The notes beneath the pieces were generated by a model. The model saw only the letters and a program-made list of their open reading frames with translations. It was not told the origin of the DNA and searched no databases. This document shows positions 54,931 to 63,686 of a stretch of DNA of 64,000 nucleotides, one piece after another. The first letter of the stretch is position 1. Each line of letters begins with the position of its first letter. The stretch lies in the IMG/VR virus record IMGVR_UViG_3300025073_000989. One strand, written 5' to 3'. This stretch comes from a virus (taxonomy: Duplodnaviria; Caudoviricetes). The position numbers and the translations under genes are program-made.

Positions 54931-55500
54931 TTATCTTTTATAATTAACTTCAATAAAACGCTTACTAGCAATATAATCTGAGAGATATAGACATAATTCC
55001 TCAGGCGTATATTCACTTAATGGTTTTTTCCACTCACCTGACCCCCATAAACCATAATGATAACCGCAACAGTTATGAACAACGGTATATTGCTCATCAG
55101 TAAGTATACCAGTATCTTGTTGAATCATTGCTACATGCTTAGCGGCTAAATCTGGATGGTTTTTAACAGTATGCCCAGTTTTAATTTTTCCTTGTTTTAA
55201 ACCGTCATGTAAAAGAGCAGATAACAACAATAAATCCCTAGATTCCTCAATACCCATAGCCCTACATAAATCATAAACAACAGTGAATACCTTCTTAGTG
55301 TGTTTTAAATTTCCATCAGAGGTCAAATCTGAAACCGGATGGTACTTCCCACTAGAAGAGGAAGCACAATCATTAAAAAAATATGAGGGAAGTGTTACTA
55401 TAGCCAGTCTAGCAAATTCCCTAACACTTTTATCAAAAATTAAACCTAACTCATCTTTAAATAACTCTATTTTCTCTTCTGCAGTTAATTCCTTTGCCAT
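54931..55500 (-). CDS. HD-domain phosphohydrolase, ~189 aa
   Basis: ASSSGKYHP, LKHTKKV, ALLHDGLK, HPDLAA, CGYHYG and YLSDYIAS; start placed at MAKEL after an AGGGG RBS. Confidence 0.85.
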   Translation of the reverse strand: MAKELTAEEKIELFKDELGLIFDKSVREFARLAIVTLPSYFFNDCASSSSGKYHPVSDLTSDGNLKHTKKVFTVVYDLCRAMGIEESRDLLLLSALLHDGLKQGKIKTGHTVKNHPDLAAKHVAMIQQDTGILTDEQYTVVHNCCGYHYGLWGSGEWKKPLSEYTPEELCLYLSDYIASKRFIEVNYKR

Positions 55501-55519
55501 ACAAATCCCCTTTAACTCA

Positions 55520-55750
55520 CTATCTAGCTTTAATAGTAAACTCATCTGATTCCATATTTATCTTTTCTATAGTTGTAGACTGATGATTTGGGTTATACCC
55601 AGGCTGCGGAAAAGAACCACCATCACCTCTATAACTTCTAGACACACCTTCAAACTTTATAAATCTGTCTTTCTTATCTTCAGATAGTGGGTATCTGGTT
55701 TTATACTTTATAAAATACGGAGTTGCAAAATCCTCTATAGCTATAGGCAT
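55520..55750 (-). CDS. Hypothetical protein, 76 aa
   Basis: ORF with GAGGAG RBS. Confidence 0.65.
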   Translation of the reverse strand: MPIAIEDFATPYFIKYKTRYPLSEDKKDRFIKFEGVSRSYRGDGGSFPQPGYNPNHQSTTIEKINMESDEFTIKAR

Positions 55751-55801
55751 TTTTATGTCTCCTCAAAAAAATATTTTTTTTATTTTTATAATTACTATTA
55801 C

Positions 55802-56092
55802 TTATATAGTTTTATTTTCTTCATCCAATAGTTTCTTAGCTGATAATTCACTAGCATGAGTTAATTTAGCAGCATCTATTGTTTCTTTATTAGCCGACAT
55901 AAAAGACATTACGTCCATAGCAAAATCAGTTACACTATCCCCCTGCCATTCATAATTAATGGATATGTATTCATTTTCACCTTTTTTAACACCAATAGTA
56001 GCAGCATTATATCCACTTTTGGATTTAGAAATACTAGTATACATAATCTCTGAAGCGTCAACACTTATATTTAAACCCTTTTTTTCTGCCAT
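55802..56092 (-). CDS. Hypothetical protein, 96 aa
   Basis: ORF with GGAGG RBS. Confidence 0.75.
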   Translation of the reverse strand: MAEKKGLNISVDASEIMYTSISKSKSGYNAATIGVKKGENEYISINYEWQGDSVTDFAMDVMSFMSANKETIDAAKLTHASELSAKKLLDEENKTI

Positions 56093-56109
56093 TTTTTCAA
56101 ATCCTCCAT

Positions 56110-56442
56110 TTATTTATCTTTTATTCTATCATCATAGTCAATATTAGTTTTAGCCAAACTTAAGAGAGTAAAGCATCCCCAAGCCGCATGAGCCAGATGA
56201 GGAAGACCGCTTTCTTTATCACTATCTTCACCCCTAAACCAAGCCCATAGATGTCTCATAATGGCACCAAATACTCTGTTCCATGATAAACCCTTTCTCC
56301 AGTTATTATCATCGTATTTTTTACTACCAAAAGTATAAACCTCTACCAACGACTCTAGCGCGTCTCCTGGAATAAGATCATATCTAAGTTTACCTTCATC
56401 ATATTTTATTCCCCCTTCCTTTTCCATAAAACAATACTCCAC
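56110..56442 (-). CDS. DUF5664 (dATP/dGTP diphosphohydrolase N-terminal-like) protein, 110 aa
   Basis: GIKYDEGKLRYDLIP...FGSKKYDDNNWRKG...AIMRHLWAW..GED.DKESGLPHLAHAAW. Confidence 0.88.
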   Translation of the reverse strand: MEYCFMEKEGGIKYDEGKLRYDLIPGDALESLVEVYTFGSKKYDDNNWRKGLSWNRVFGAIMRHLWAWFRGEDSDKESGLPHLAHAAWGCFTLLSLAKTNIDYDDRIKDK

Positions 56443-56455
56443 TATTTTTTAGTCT

Positions 56456-56896
56456 TTATTCAATATCTTTTAGCCAATCACTTTTGGAAACCTCAACAAG
56501 CATAGTAATATATTCTTCCATAAGAATATCTCTTTTATCCATAAGTTCTGAGATAGATAAATTATACTCATTACTATTTATAAGTCTACTTAGTACGTCG
56601 ATCTTGTACCTAGTAGTTTTCAGTATATGTACAGCATCTAGTACTGAAATTTCAGACTTACCTATAACAATAGAAGTGTCCGAATTTTCTTTATCTAGCA
56701 ACGCCCTATGGCTCTGAAGTTTATTATACATATCAAACAACTGGTTTATAGTGTTTGTATAAACACTAGCTTTAGTTTTAGAATCTATATCACTCATCAT
56801 CAAACCTTCTAGATAACTAGTAAGCTCTGATATCTTAGTTTCTATATAGTCCTTTCTTATTAAAATTTCACCTATCAACATATATAAGTACCACAC
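56456..56896 (-). CDS. Hypothetical helical protein, DIP1984-like N-terminus, ~141-146 aa
   Basis: MLIGEILIRKDYIETKISEL resembles the MKLAEAL..RADL start of that family; weak call. Confidence 0.45.
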   Translation of the reverse strand: MWYLYMLIGEILIRKDYIETKISELTSYLEGLMMSDIDSKTKASVYTNTINQLFDMYNKLQSHRALLDKENSDTSIVIGKSEISVLDAVHILKTTRYKIDVLSRLINSNEYNLSISELMDKRDILMEEYITMLVEVSKSDWLKDIE

Positions 56897-57612
56897 CTAC
56901 TACAAAACTTAGCTACAGATCTAGACCGTTTACCGCAGGTTGAACAAACTAATTTAGTATTAACCGTTACTACTTTATTAATAGTACTCTTTGTAATAAA
57001 GTCAACACCCACTAATTTTAAAGTAATTACAGTAGATTCAGACTCTAAATTACCAACAATACCAAAATCAAAAGACTGTGATACTTCAGAACCTTTAACT
57101 GTAATACCATCATTAGTTTTCGAAGCAGTTGGTGCGCTAAAACAACAAGCAGAAGCACCATTACCATATTTAGATCTATATTTTATATTAGAAACGTTAT
57201 TAGGAGTACCATCAAAGGTACCATGAGTCCAATAAGGTTTGCTTATAGGTGTAAGCCTAGTCCTTGGCTCTTCAAACTTAAACTCTACTCGAACCAAACC
57301 GTCTTCTACTCTATCACCTCTATATCTAGAAATCTGTTTTGTTTTTTCAATAAACCTAAATTTATTTTTAATAGTGGTTCCTGACATAAATCCTATTAAA
57401 TCAAAAGTTTCATTAGGCTCTATTATCAAAGCTTTTCCATCTAAAACAACAACGCCATCTATTTCTACAGTTACCACTGCTCTACTAGAGTTTTTATTTT
57501 TTAATAACAATGAATATTCAGAACCAAAAGGTATGGATACTATACCTCCGGCCTCTCTTAATATCTTACCGCTATTTTTTACTGCCACAACAAAATTATT
57601 TTTATAAGCCAT
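56875..57612 (-). CDS. Hypothetical protein with C-terminal zinc ribbon, ~245 aa
   Basis: Start at MAYKNNFVV after AAGGAG; ends CSTCG...FCSRCG. Confidence 0.75.
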   Translation of the reverse strand: MAYKNNFVVAVKNSGKILREAGGIVSIPFGSEYSLLLKNKNSSRAVVTVEIDGVVVLDGKALIIEPNETFDLIGFMSGTTIKNKFRFIEKTKQISRYRGDRVEDGLVRVEFKFEEPRTRLTPISKPYWTHGTFDGTPNNVSNIKYRSKYGNGASACCFSAPTASKTNDGITVKGSEVSQSFDFGIVGNLESESTVITLKLVGVDFITKSTINKVVTVNTKLVCSTCGKRSRSVAKFCSRCGTYIC

Positions 57613-57687
57613 AATACACTTCTCCTTTAAAATACAAGGACCTTCAGCCAAAGTCCTATATGTTTATCATAGGCTGAAATAAAAAAA

Positions 57688-57909
57688 TTACACTGACTGT
57701 ATTGATGTTGCTTGAATGCCTTTATCTGTTTCTTTTAATTCAAAAGTAACAGATTGACCTGTTTTCAACGTTTTATATCCTTCCATTTCTATACTGCTAA
57801 AATGTACAAAATATTCAGTATTAGTAGTATCTCCATCTACCGTTAAGAAGCCATACCCTCTTTCATTACTAAACCACTTTACTTTACCATTAATTCTTTT
57901 TGACATCAC
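57688..57909 (-). CDS. csp: Cold-shock domain protein, 73 aa
   Basis: GKVKWFSNERGYGF (RNP1), YFVHFSSI (RNP2), GYKTLKTGQSVTFE. Confidence 0.95.
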   Translation of the reverse strand: MMSKRINGKVKWFSNERGYGFLTVDGDTTNTEYFVHFSSIEMEGYKTLKTGQSVTFELKETDKGIQATSIQSV

Positions 57910-57940
57910 ATCTCTCCTTTATTTTTATTCAAATTAACTA

Positions 57941-58387
57941 CTACCCCAACACAAACAACTCACGTTCGGCTATACGCCTATTAGTTAACCCCAATGACTC
58001 TTTGCCTCTAGCCCTATTCCATCTTAAAATCTGGTCAGCAGCCCCTTGATAATCACCAGCATTAAGTTTTTTAAGTAATGTAGATGAGGCAAAGTTACCC
58101 ATACCTATATTGTAGGTCAAAGAAACCAAAGCAGAAAACTGGTTGTTACTTATAGGAACTTTTATCAAATTAGCTACTTTATCAGCAAAAACAGACACAA
58201 CAAACCAAAGTAACTCTTCTCCCCTCTCTAAAGTTATTGGAGAATCGTTTAGTGTGACTTTAGTACCATTCTCATAAAAAGTATTTCCATAACCTATAGT
58301 AGGAACTCCAGCTGCACATAGATATGGTTTAGAACTAAAACCCTCAAACCTCTTTATTAAATCTATTCCTTTCTTTGTTAACTGCAT
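57941..58387 (-). CDS. GH24 lysozyme (endolysin-type), 148 aa
   Basis: IKRFEG, YLCAAGVPTIGYG, QFSALVSLTYNIG, GLTNRRIAERELF. Confidence 0.95.
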   Translation of the reverse strand: MQLTKKGIDLIKRFEGFSSKPYLCAAGVPTIGYGNTFYENGTKVTLNDSPITLERGEELLWFVVSVFADKVANLIKVPISNNQFSALVSLTYNIGMGNFASSTLLKKLNAGDYQGAADQILRWNRARGKESLGLTNRRIAERELFVLG

Positions 58388-58404
58388 ATAATGCTCCTTA
58401 TTTA

Positions 58405-59394
58405 TTATAGCTGAGAGGCTAAAAGTGCCCCATTAGCCACGCAGGTCATAGGTGATTCAGCTCTTCTAACTTCACTTATACGCATTGGTAATTTTATACT
58501 ATTTACTTTATCTTTGAACATATCTGTAAATCCGGTAGCCAAAGTCAAACCTCCAGACACCACAATAGGTACTGCCTCTCTAAATACTGGTAATTCTTTT
58601 TCCCTTCTATTAAGTTCATACATTATATTTTGCAAAGCATAATTCATAACAGAACCATAATAAACAGCCACAGCTTCCATTATTTTATTAGATGGGTTAT
58701 ATAAATCCACCCCTGCTTCTTTTTCTAGTTGTATCAAAGAAGGTGATAAATCCAAAGCAGTAGCAACCGCTTGATCTATAAAATCACCAGATCTTGTTAT
58801 GCTGAATTCTACTAAGGGGTCCCCTTGATGTATCACCGCTATATTTATCATACCAGCACCAAAAGACATAGTAATTCCAGTTAAAGCATCATCTATTAAC
58901 TCACTTAGTGCTATAGCAAAAGCCTCATTTATTGGGTGACTATTATATCCCTGCTCTTTAAAAAATTTATTAAGAAGTTCGGTATGATATACAATATCGA
59001 AATTACCATCTACTGGCCTAGCTGGCACTGAATAGACTAAAGTTTCATCTCCATTACCTTTACCTATAAGGTTGCTTATAAGTAGCTTTAACATAGGTAA
59101 ACTATTCTTTTCTTTTGGAGATACTACTCCCTTACTCATAGGTCTTTTTGCTATATCATTTCTCTCTATTGCTATTTGTAGAGCATCCTCACCAACCACA
59201 ATATAAGAATCCCCATCCACTATAAAACTAGAACCTCTCTTCTCAAGAGAGGTTTTTATAGCCGAACTATTAACATCACTTTTAGGAACTATTTTATAAA
59301 AAGCATCTCTCTCCATTTTAAAAGAAGTAGTACCATCATCATTTAAAAAACCGCACACTAATAAGTTTGTACCAACATCTAAACCCTTTCCCAT
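58405..59394 (-). CDS. Actin-family ATPase (MreB/MamK/ParM-like), 329 aa
   Basis: Phosphate-1 GLDVGT, connect-1 INEAFA, phosphate-2 SFGAGMIN, adenosine VVSGG, connect-2 VANGAL. Confidence 0.85.
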   Translation of the reverse strand: MGKGLDVGTNLLVCGFLNDDGTTSFKMERDAFYKIVPKSDVNSSAIKTSLEKRGSSFIVDGDSYIVVGEDALQIAIERNDIAKRPMSKGVVSPKEKNSLPMLKLLISNLIGKGNGDETLVYSVPARPVDGNFDIVYHTELLNKFFKEQGYNSHPINEAFAIALSELIDDALTGITMSFGAGMINIAVIHQGDPLVEFSITRSGDFIDQAVATALDLSPSLIQLEKEAGVDLYNPSNKIMEAVAVYYGSVMNYALQNIMYELNRREKELPVFREAVPIVVSGGLTLATGFTDMFKDKVNSIKLPMRISEVRRAESPMTCVANGALLASQL

Positions 59395-59411
59395 CTTTTA
59401 TTCTCCTATAC

Positions 59412-60161
59412 CTATCTAGGTAAACTGCCTATAAGCGATTTAAGTTTGTTTACTTTATCGTTCAAATGATCTTTTTTAATATCTTCTTTTACTTCAATGT
59501 GCGAAACCATTGACTCTTCGTTACCTTTATCTACTGGATCTATAAAAACTGTCTCCATTACAGGCCTATCAGAAACATTAATTGAGTTAACTACATCGTC
59601 TGTTTTACTTTTAATAAAACATATAGTATCTTCTTGTAATTTTATCATATTATCTCTAGAAAGTAATTCTTTTGTTAAGGACTCTACTTTATGTTCTAAT
59701 ACTAAATTTTCTTTTTCTAAACCTATAATTTGATTTTCTAGTTTTTTTATTACACTATCTTGTCTTTCTGATCTTTCATTATTAAATTTTATAGTATTTT
59801 CTTGATCTTGTAAAGTTATTTTTAGTTTATCATTATCAGAAATATACTTTAGTATTTTTTCTTCTAGCTGATTAAACTCTTTACTATATTTTTGCTCTAC
59901 TTCATTAACTGCTATAGTAATATGCTTATTTAGTTCTATATCAAAATCTTCAGCTGTAAAATTACCGTTAGACTCTACTACTGACTGCTTAGTTATACTA
60001 GTAGTTAGTTTATCTATTTGATCTTTAAGGTTGTTCAATAAAACATCACTTGATTCATGATAAACAACATCTGGGTTTAGATGTTTTTGTAAATCCCTAG
60101 GACCTCTTCTTCCTAATAATCTATGGCCCTTTTTGCCTACGTCTTTATTATAATCCATCAC
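59412..60161 (-). CDS. Coiled-coil protein, 249 aa
   Basis: Central heptad-rich region; coupled to clpP by overlapping stop/start. Confidence 0.75.
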   Translation of the reverse strand: MMDYNKDVGKKGHRLLGRRGPRDLQKHLNPDVVYHESSDVLLNNLKDQIDKLTTSITKQSVVESNGNFTAEDFDIELNKHITIAVNEVEQKYSKEFNQLEEKILKYISDNDKLKITLQDQENTIKFNNERSERQDSVIKKLENQIIGLEKENLVLEHKVESLTKELLSRDNMIKLQEDTICFIKSKTDDVVNSINVSDRPVMETVFIDPVDKGNEESMVSHIEVKEDIKKDHLNDKVNKLKSLIGSLPR

Positions 60162-60754
60162 TTGTTTACTATTCTTTTATATTCTACTTTGTCGATAAGG
60201 CCATACTCTTTTGCTTCTTCTGAAGTAAGCCAGTGATCTTTTTCCATATCTTTTTTAATTTTAGCAATCTTTTGTCCGGTAATAATTGAATAATGTCTAG
60301 CCATTTTGTCATAAAGCTTTTCCATCTTTTTGTAACTGTTTACCACTTCATTGAACTTACCGCTAGCGCCAGTAGACATCTCATGTATCATAATTTCAGT
60401 ATTAGGTAGAGCATATCTTTTACCTTTGGCTCCAGCAGCCAAAATAAATGAACCAGCGCTGCATACAGAACCATACCCAATAGTAACTACATCAGGCTTA
60501 ATATATTGCATAGTATCATATACAGCATACATAGCTGATACATTTCCTCCCGGACTATTGATATACATAAAAATGTCTTTTTCAGAATCATCTGACTCTA
60601 AAAACAACAACTGGCCAACAATAGCGTCAGCCATTTCTGGTACAAACTCCCCTGTTACAAAGATAATTCTATCTTTTAGCATTCTAGAGTATAAATCGTA
60701 AGCCCGTTCTCCGTCCTTGTCGTTTTTTTCAATCACATATGGAATTCTAGACAT
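60158..60754 (-). CDS. clpP: ATP-dependent Clp protease proteolytic subunit, 198 aa
   Basis: AYDLYSRMLKDRIIF, YINSPGG, catalytic Ser (CSAG), His (IMIHE) and Asp (KDHW). Confidence 0.95.
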   Translation of the reverse strand: MSRIPYVIEKNDKDGERAYDLYSRMLKDRIIFVTGEFVPEMADAIVGQLLFLESDDSEKDIFMYINSPGGNVSAMYAVYDTMQYIKPDVVTIGYGSVCSAGSFILAAGAKGKRYALPNTEIMIHEMSTGASGKFNEVVNSYKKMEKLYDKMARHYSIITGQKIAKIKKDMEKDHWLTSEEAKEYGLIDKVEYKRIVNK

Positions 60755-60821
60755 AGTAATTAATTCTCCTTAAATCTGTTAAATTAGTAAAACATTAAAA
60801 ATCAACCATTACAATAATAAT

Positions 60822-60850
60822 ATTATAATTACTATGTGTACATATGTCAA
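60822..60850 (-). promoter_or_regulatory. Consensus sigma70 promoter upstream of clpP
   Basis: TTGACA (60850-60845), 17 bp spacer, TATAAT (60827-60822). Confidence 0.85.
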
Positions 60851-61019
60851 GTAAAAATCTAAAATTACTGCAACAAAAGTTAAATAAAATCTTGTTATTG
60901 TAAAATGGTTTTAGTATATCTTAAAAAGGTGCGGATGATTTTGATAAAAAAAATCAGCTGCGTTGTCTATTCTAAATTAACGATATACTATATACCGTTA
61001 TACTTGTATATTCTAGGGG

Positions 61020-61065
61020 GACATTTTTGTCACCTATATATAGTGACATTTTTGTCACCTATATA
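61020..61065. repeat. Two 21-bp direct repeats, each with a GTGACA-N4-TGTCAC-type palindrome
   Basis: GACATTTTTGTCACCTATATA at 61020-61040 and 61045-61065. Confidence 0.9.
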
Positions 61066-61073
61066 CCTGTAAA

Positions 61074-61550
61074 CTACTTGTAGAGTTCCTCTATAAAAAA
61101 ACATGAATTGTTGTTTTCATGTTTACCTAATATGTAAACATTTCTTTTTTGTTGGCCTGGTATTTTGACTTTATCTATTTTTATGTACTCCAGTCTTTCT
61201 AGGGCATTGATCCATCTTTTTATAGTTCTTGTATTGGAATGACCAAAAGCTTCTGCTAGTTTATTGTGTGTAATACTACAGGCAAGATAATTATTGTAAT
61301 AGTATTTTTTATATAAATTTAAATTATCGGCCATCGGTTTTCTCACTATCTTAGAACATAGATATAAATATAAAGTAGTCATATTGTTATTGTCTTCTCT
61401 GTATTTTTTATTATTTATGGTTGTGAATGGGAAAGGTATAAATTGTTTAACATTTATGTTCGAAGTATCAACAGTACTCATCTCTTGTTTTTTTATAAAT
61501 ACTGATACAGTATTATTTTTTTTAATTTCTTTTCTTTTTTCAGCGTACAT
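61074..61550 (-). CDS. Winged-HTH protein resembling phage replication-initiator N-termini, 158 aa
   Basis: LYLYLCS, SITHNKLAEAFGHSNTRTIKRWINALERLEYI, RNVYIL. Confidence 0.65.
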   Translation of the reverse strand: MYAEKRKEIKKNNTVSVFIKKQEMSTVDTSNINVKQFIPFPFTTINNKKYREDNNNMTTLYLYLCSKIVRKPMADNLNLYKKYYYNNYLACSITHNKLAEAFGHSNTRTIKRWINALERLEYIKIDKVKIPGQQKRNVYILGKHENNNSCFFIEELYK

Positions 61551-61603
61551 TATTATACCTCTTTTTTAATTCTTGTTTTGTACTAAAACCATTAACTATA
61601 TAA

Positions 61604-61631
61604 AATATAAATATTGTTTGTTGTTTGTCAA
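61604..61631 (-). promoter_or_regulatory. Putative sigma70 promoter upstream of the HTH gene
   Basis: TTGACA (61631-61626), 16 bp spacer, TATATT. Confidence 0.5.
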
Positions 61632-61646
61632 GGTTATATAAAGTAT

Positions 61647-61952
61647 CTACCACGGTTTTTTAGAAAAAATAGAACTACCTTCTTGCTCCTTAAACTTATT
61701 GCAACTTAGTACTACATGATCTAAATCCATATGCAATACAATACAGGTATTATGTACTATCACTACCTCTTCATCGTCTTCTAATTCTTCCCTTAATTTG
61801 TCTATATCTATTCCAAATTCTTCATAATTTATCGGTATTATATTTCTAGATACCAAATGTTCACATGTTTTACACAAAGTATCATCAAACAAATCATCAT
61901 CTAAGTTATATTCCATTATAGATTTTCCTTTAAATGTCCACAGTTTATACAA
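61647..61952 (-). CDS. Hypothetical Cys-containing protein, ~90-101 aa
   Basis: CKTCEH...C...C pattern; start uncertain. Confidence 0.6.
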   Translation of the reverse strand: MYKLWTFKGKSIMEYNLDDDLFDDTLCKTCEHLVSRNIIPINYEEFGIDIDKLREELEDDEEVVIVHNTCIVLHMDLDHVVLSCNKFKEQEGSSIFSKKPW

Positions 61953-62005
61953 ATATCAGTATCACTACAGTAAATGGCACACATATAACAATAAAAAAAG
62001 TACAT

Positions 62006-62215
62006 TCATATACCTCTTTGTTTATAAGCTCTAATTCTGGTATCTATCTCCTTACCATCAACTAATTTACCTAAAAACTTAAGCCTTTTTATTTTAGCAT
62101 TAATCATGTCTGCATTTCTGTTTGATAATAGCACTTCCAACTCTTTAATAGTCATAGTGTGATAATTGTCTATTAAGAGTTTTTCTTCAGTAAAAGACCA
62201 TTCCTTTCTAGCCAT
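62006..62215 (-). CDS. Small Myb/HTH-like DNA-binding protein, 69 aa
   Basis: WSFTEEKLLIDNY..MTIKELEVLL.NR...INAK. Confidence 0.6.
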   Translation of the reverse strand: MARKEWSFTEEKLLIDNYHTMTIKELEVLLSNRNADMINAKIKRLKFLGKLVDGKEIDTRIRAYKQRGI

Positions 62216-62242
62216 TTAATTCCCTCCAAATCTTTATTTTAT

Positions 62243-62455
62243 TCATTGATCATCAAACCACTCCTCTAGTGATTTATTTCTAGTTCTTATTTCGCCACTT
62301 TCCAACAATTCCTTCATTATCAACATAGTAGTAACATCAACATTACCCATACTTATTACTTTATTTATATTAGCAATAAGTTCATTTTCTAGTAGTTTCC
62401 ATTCATCTATAAGTAAACAATTACCCTCATCTATTAAATCTTTTTTTTCTACCAT
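62243..62455 (-). CDS. Hypothetical protein, 70 aa
   Basis: ORF with AAGGAGG RBS. Confidence 0.7.
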   Translation of the reverse strand: MVEKKDLIDEGNCLLIDEWKLLENELIANINKVISMGNVDVTTMLIMKELLESGEIRTRNKSLEEWFDDQ

Positions 62456-62477
62456 AATGTGCCCCTCCTTAATTTTT

Positions 62478-63686
62478 TTAACTGTCCAATACTTTCCTTA
62501 CCTTTTTAAGAAGTACCTCTATAGTATAGGGTTTGGTGATTATATCATCAACACCTAGATCTAATAATTCCTGCCTTTGTTTATCATCTAAACTATATCC
62601 AGTTGTTATTATTGTTTTGTGTTTTTTATTTATTTTTTTTATGTTTTTTATGTATTGCTTACCACTAGTTCCTGGCATAACTAGATCTATTATTGATAAA
62701 TGTATATTGTTTAAATTATCTAAATAATAATCAAAGGCCTTGTTTGTGTTATCAAAATTAATAGTAGAGTATCCAAAAACATTTAGCACATTTGAGCAGG
62801 TTTTAGATACGAAACAGTTATCGTCTAGTATCAGTATTGTTTCTTTTCCTATCTTTATCGATTCTTCTATGTCTATTTCGTTTATATTTTCTACTATACT
62901 ACTTAATAAAGGTATGTATATAGTAATAGTAGTATTTGGTTTATTTTTTACATCTATTATTCCTTTATAGTTTTTTACTATCTTGCTGACTGTATATAAA
63001 CCTAAGCCTACTGCTAATAATGAGCCTTTACTTTTTTTACTTTTAGTACTAAAAAACGGATCAAAAATATGATTGATAATGGTGTCTGAAATACCAATAC
63101 CATTATCTGACACAGATAATTCTAAATATTTTCCAGGATATATATTTTTGTGTTCTATACAAAAAGCACTATCTAGATAAATACTTTTTATTTCTATAAC
63201 TATTTTACCACTACTTGCTATAGCCTCTACTGAGTTTAGTACAAGATTTATTAGTATTTGTTCTATATGTTTTGGGTCAATTAATGATAACTCTTCGATT
63301 TCTTGTATATCATACTCTATCTCTATTCTGTCTGGTATATTTCTATTTATTATTTTTTGTATTAATACTAACTCTTTATTTATATTACAAATTGTTGTAT
63401 TTTTGTTATTACTACTTTCATTAGTTGATAAAGCTAGAGCAGATAGTCTACTAGTAATATCACTACCTCTGATTACTGCTTCATATATAGCTTCTAGATA
63501 CTTGTAATTTTTGTAGTTTTCGTTTTCATTTAGTAATATTAATTCTATATTAAATCTAAGTGATTGTAGTATATCACTAAAATCATGTGCTACATCACTA
63601 GCTAGCGCTAGTACTACTTCTATTTTAGAAGCATACTGTTTTAACTCATCTTCACTAAGCTCTTTAAAATACTTAGTAGCATGCAT
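62478..63686 (-). CDS. Hybrid histidine kinase/response regulator without a sensor domain, 402 aa
   Basis: H-box LASDVAHDFSDIL, N-box EQILINLVLNS, G1 DNGIG, F-box IFDPFFSTK, G2 GLGL; receiver ILDD, IIDLVMPG, TTG, TKP. Confidence 0.92.
   Translation of the reverse strand: MHATKYFKELSEDELKQYASKIEVVLALASDVAHDFSDILQSLRFNIELILLNENENYKNYKYLEAIYEAVIRGSDITSRLSALALSTNESSNNKNTTICNINKELVLIQKIINRNIPDRIEIEYDIQEIEELSLIDPKHIEQILINLVLNSVEAIASSGKIVIEIKSIYLDSAFCIEHKNIYPGKYLELSVSDNGIGISDTIINHIFDPFFSTKSKKSKGSLLAVGLGLYTVSKIVKNYKGIIDVKNKPNTTITIYIPLLSSIVENINEIDIEESIKIGKETILILDDNCFVSKTCSNVLNVFGYSTINFDNTNKAFDYYLDNLNNIHLSIIDLVMPGTSGKQYIKNIKKINKKHKTIITTGYSLDDKQRQELLDLGVDDIITKPYTIEVLLKKVRKVLDS

Noticed and set aside
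60158-60754. ClpP as the prohead protease
   Set aside because: It is host-like, outside the head module, and a separate protease candidate lies between portal and scaffold.
747-62970. Many plus-strand ORFs of 60-160 aa in the supplied track
   Set aside because: They lie antisense to longer minus-strand genes, show no recognisable motifs, and have the Ser/Leu/Phe-rich composition of shadow frames.
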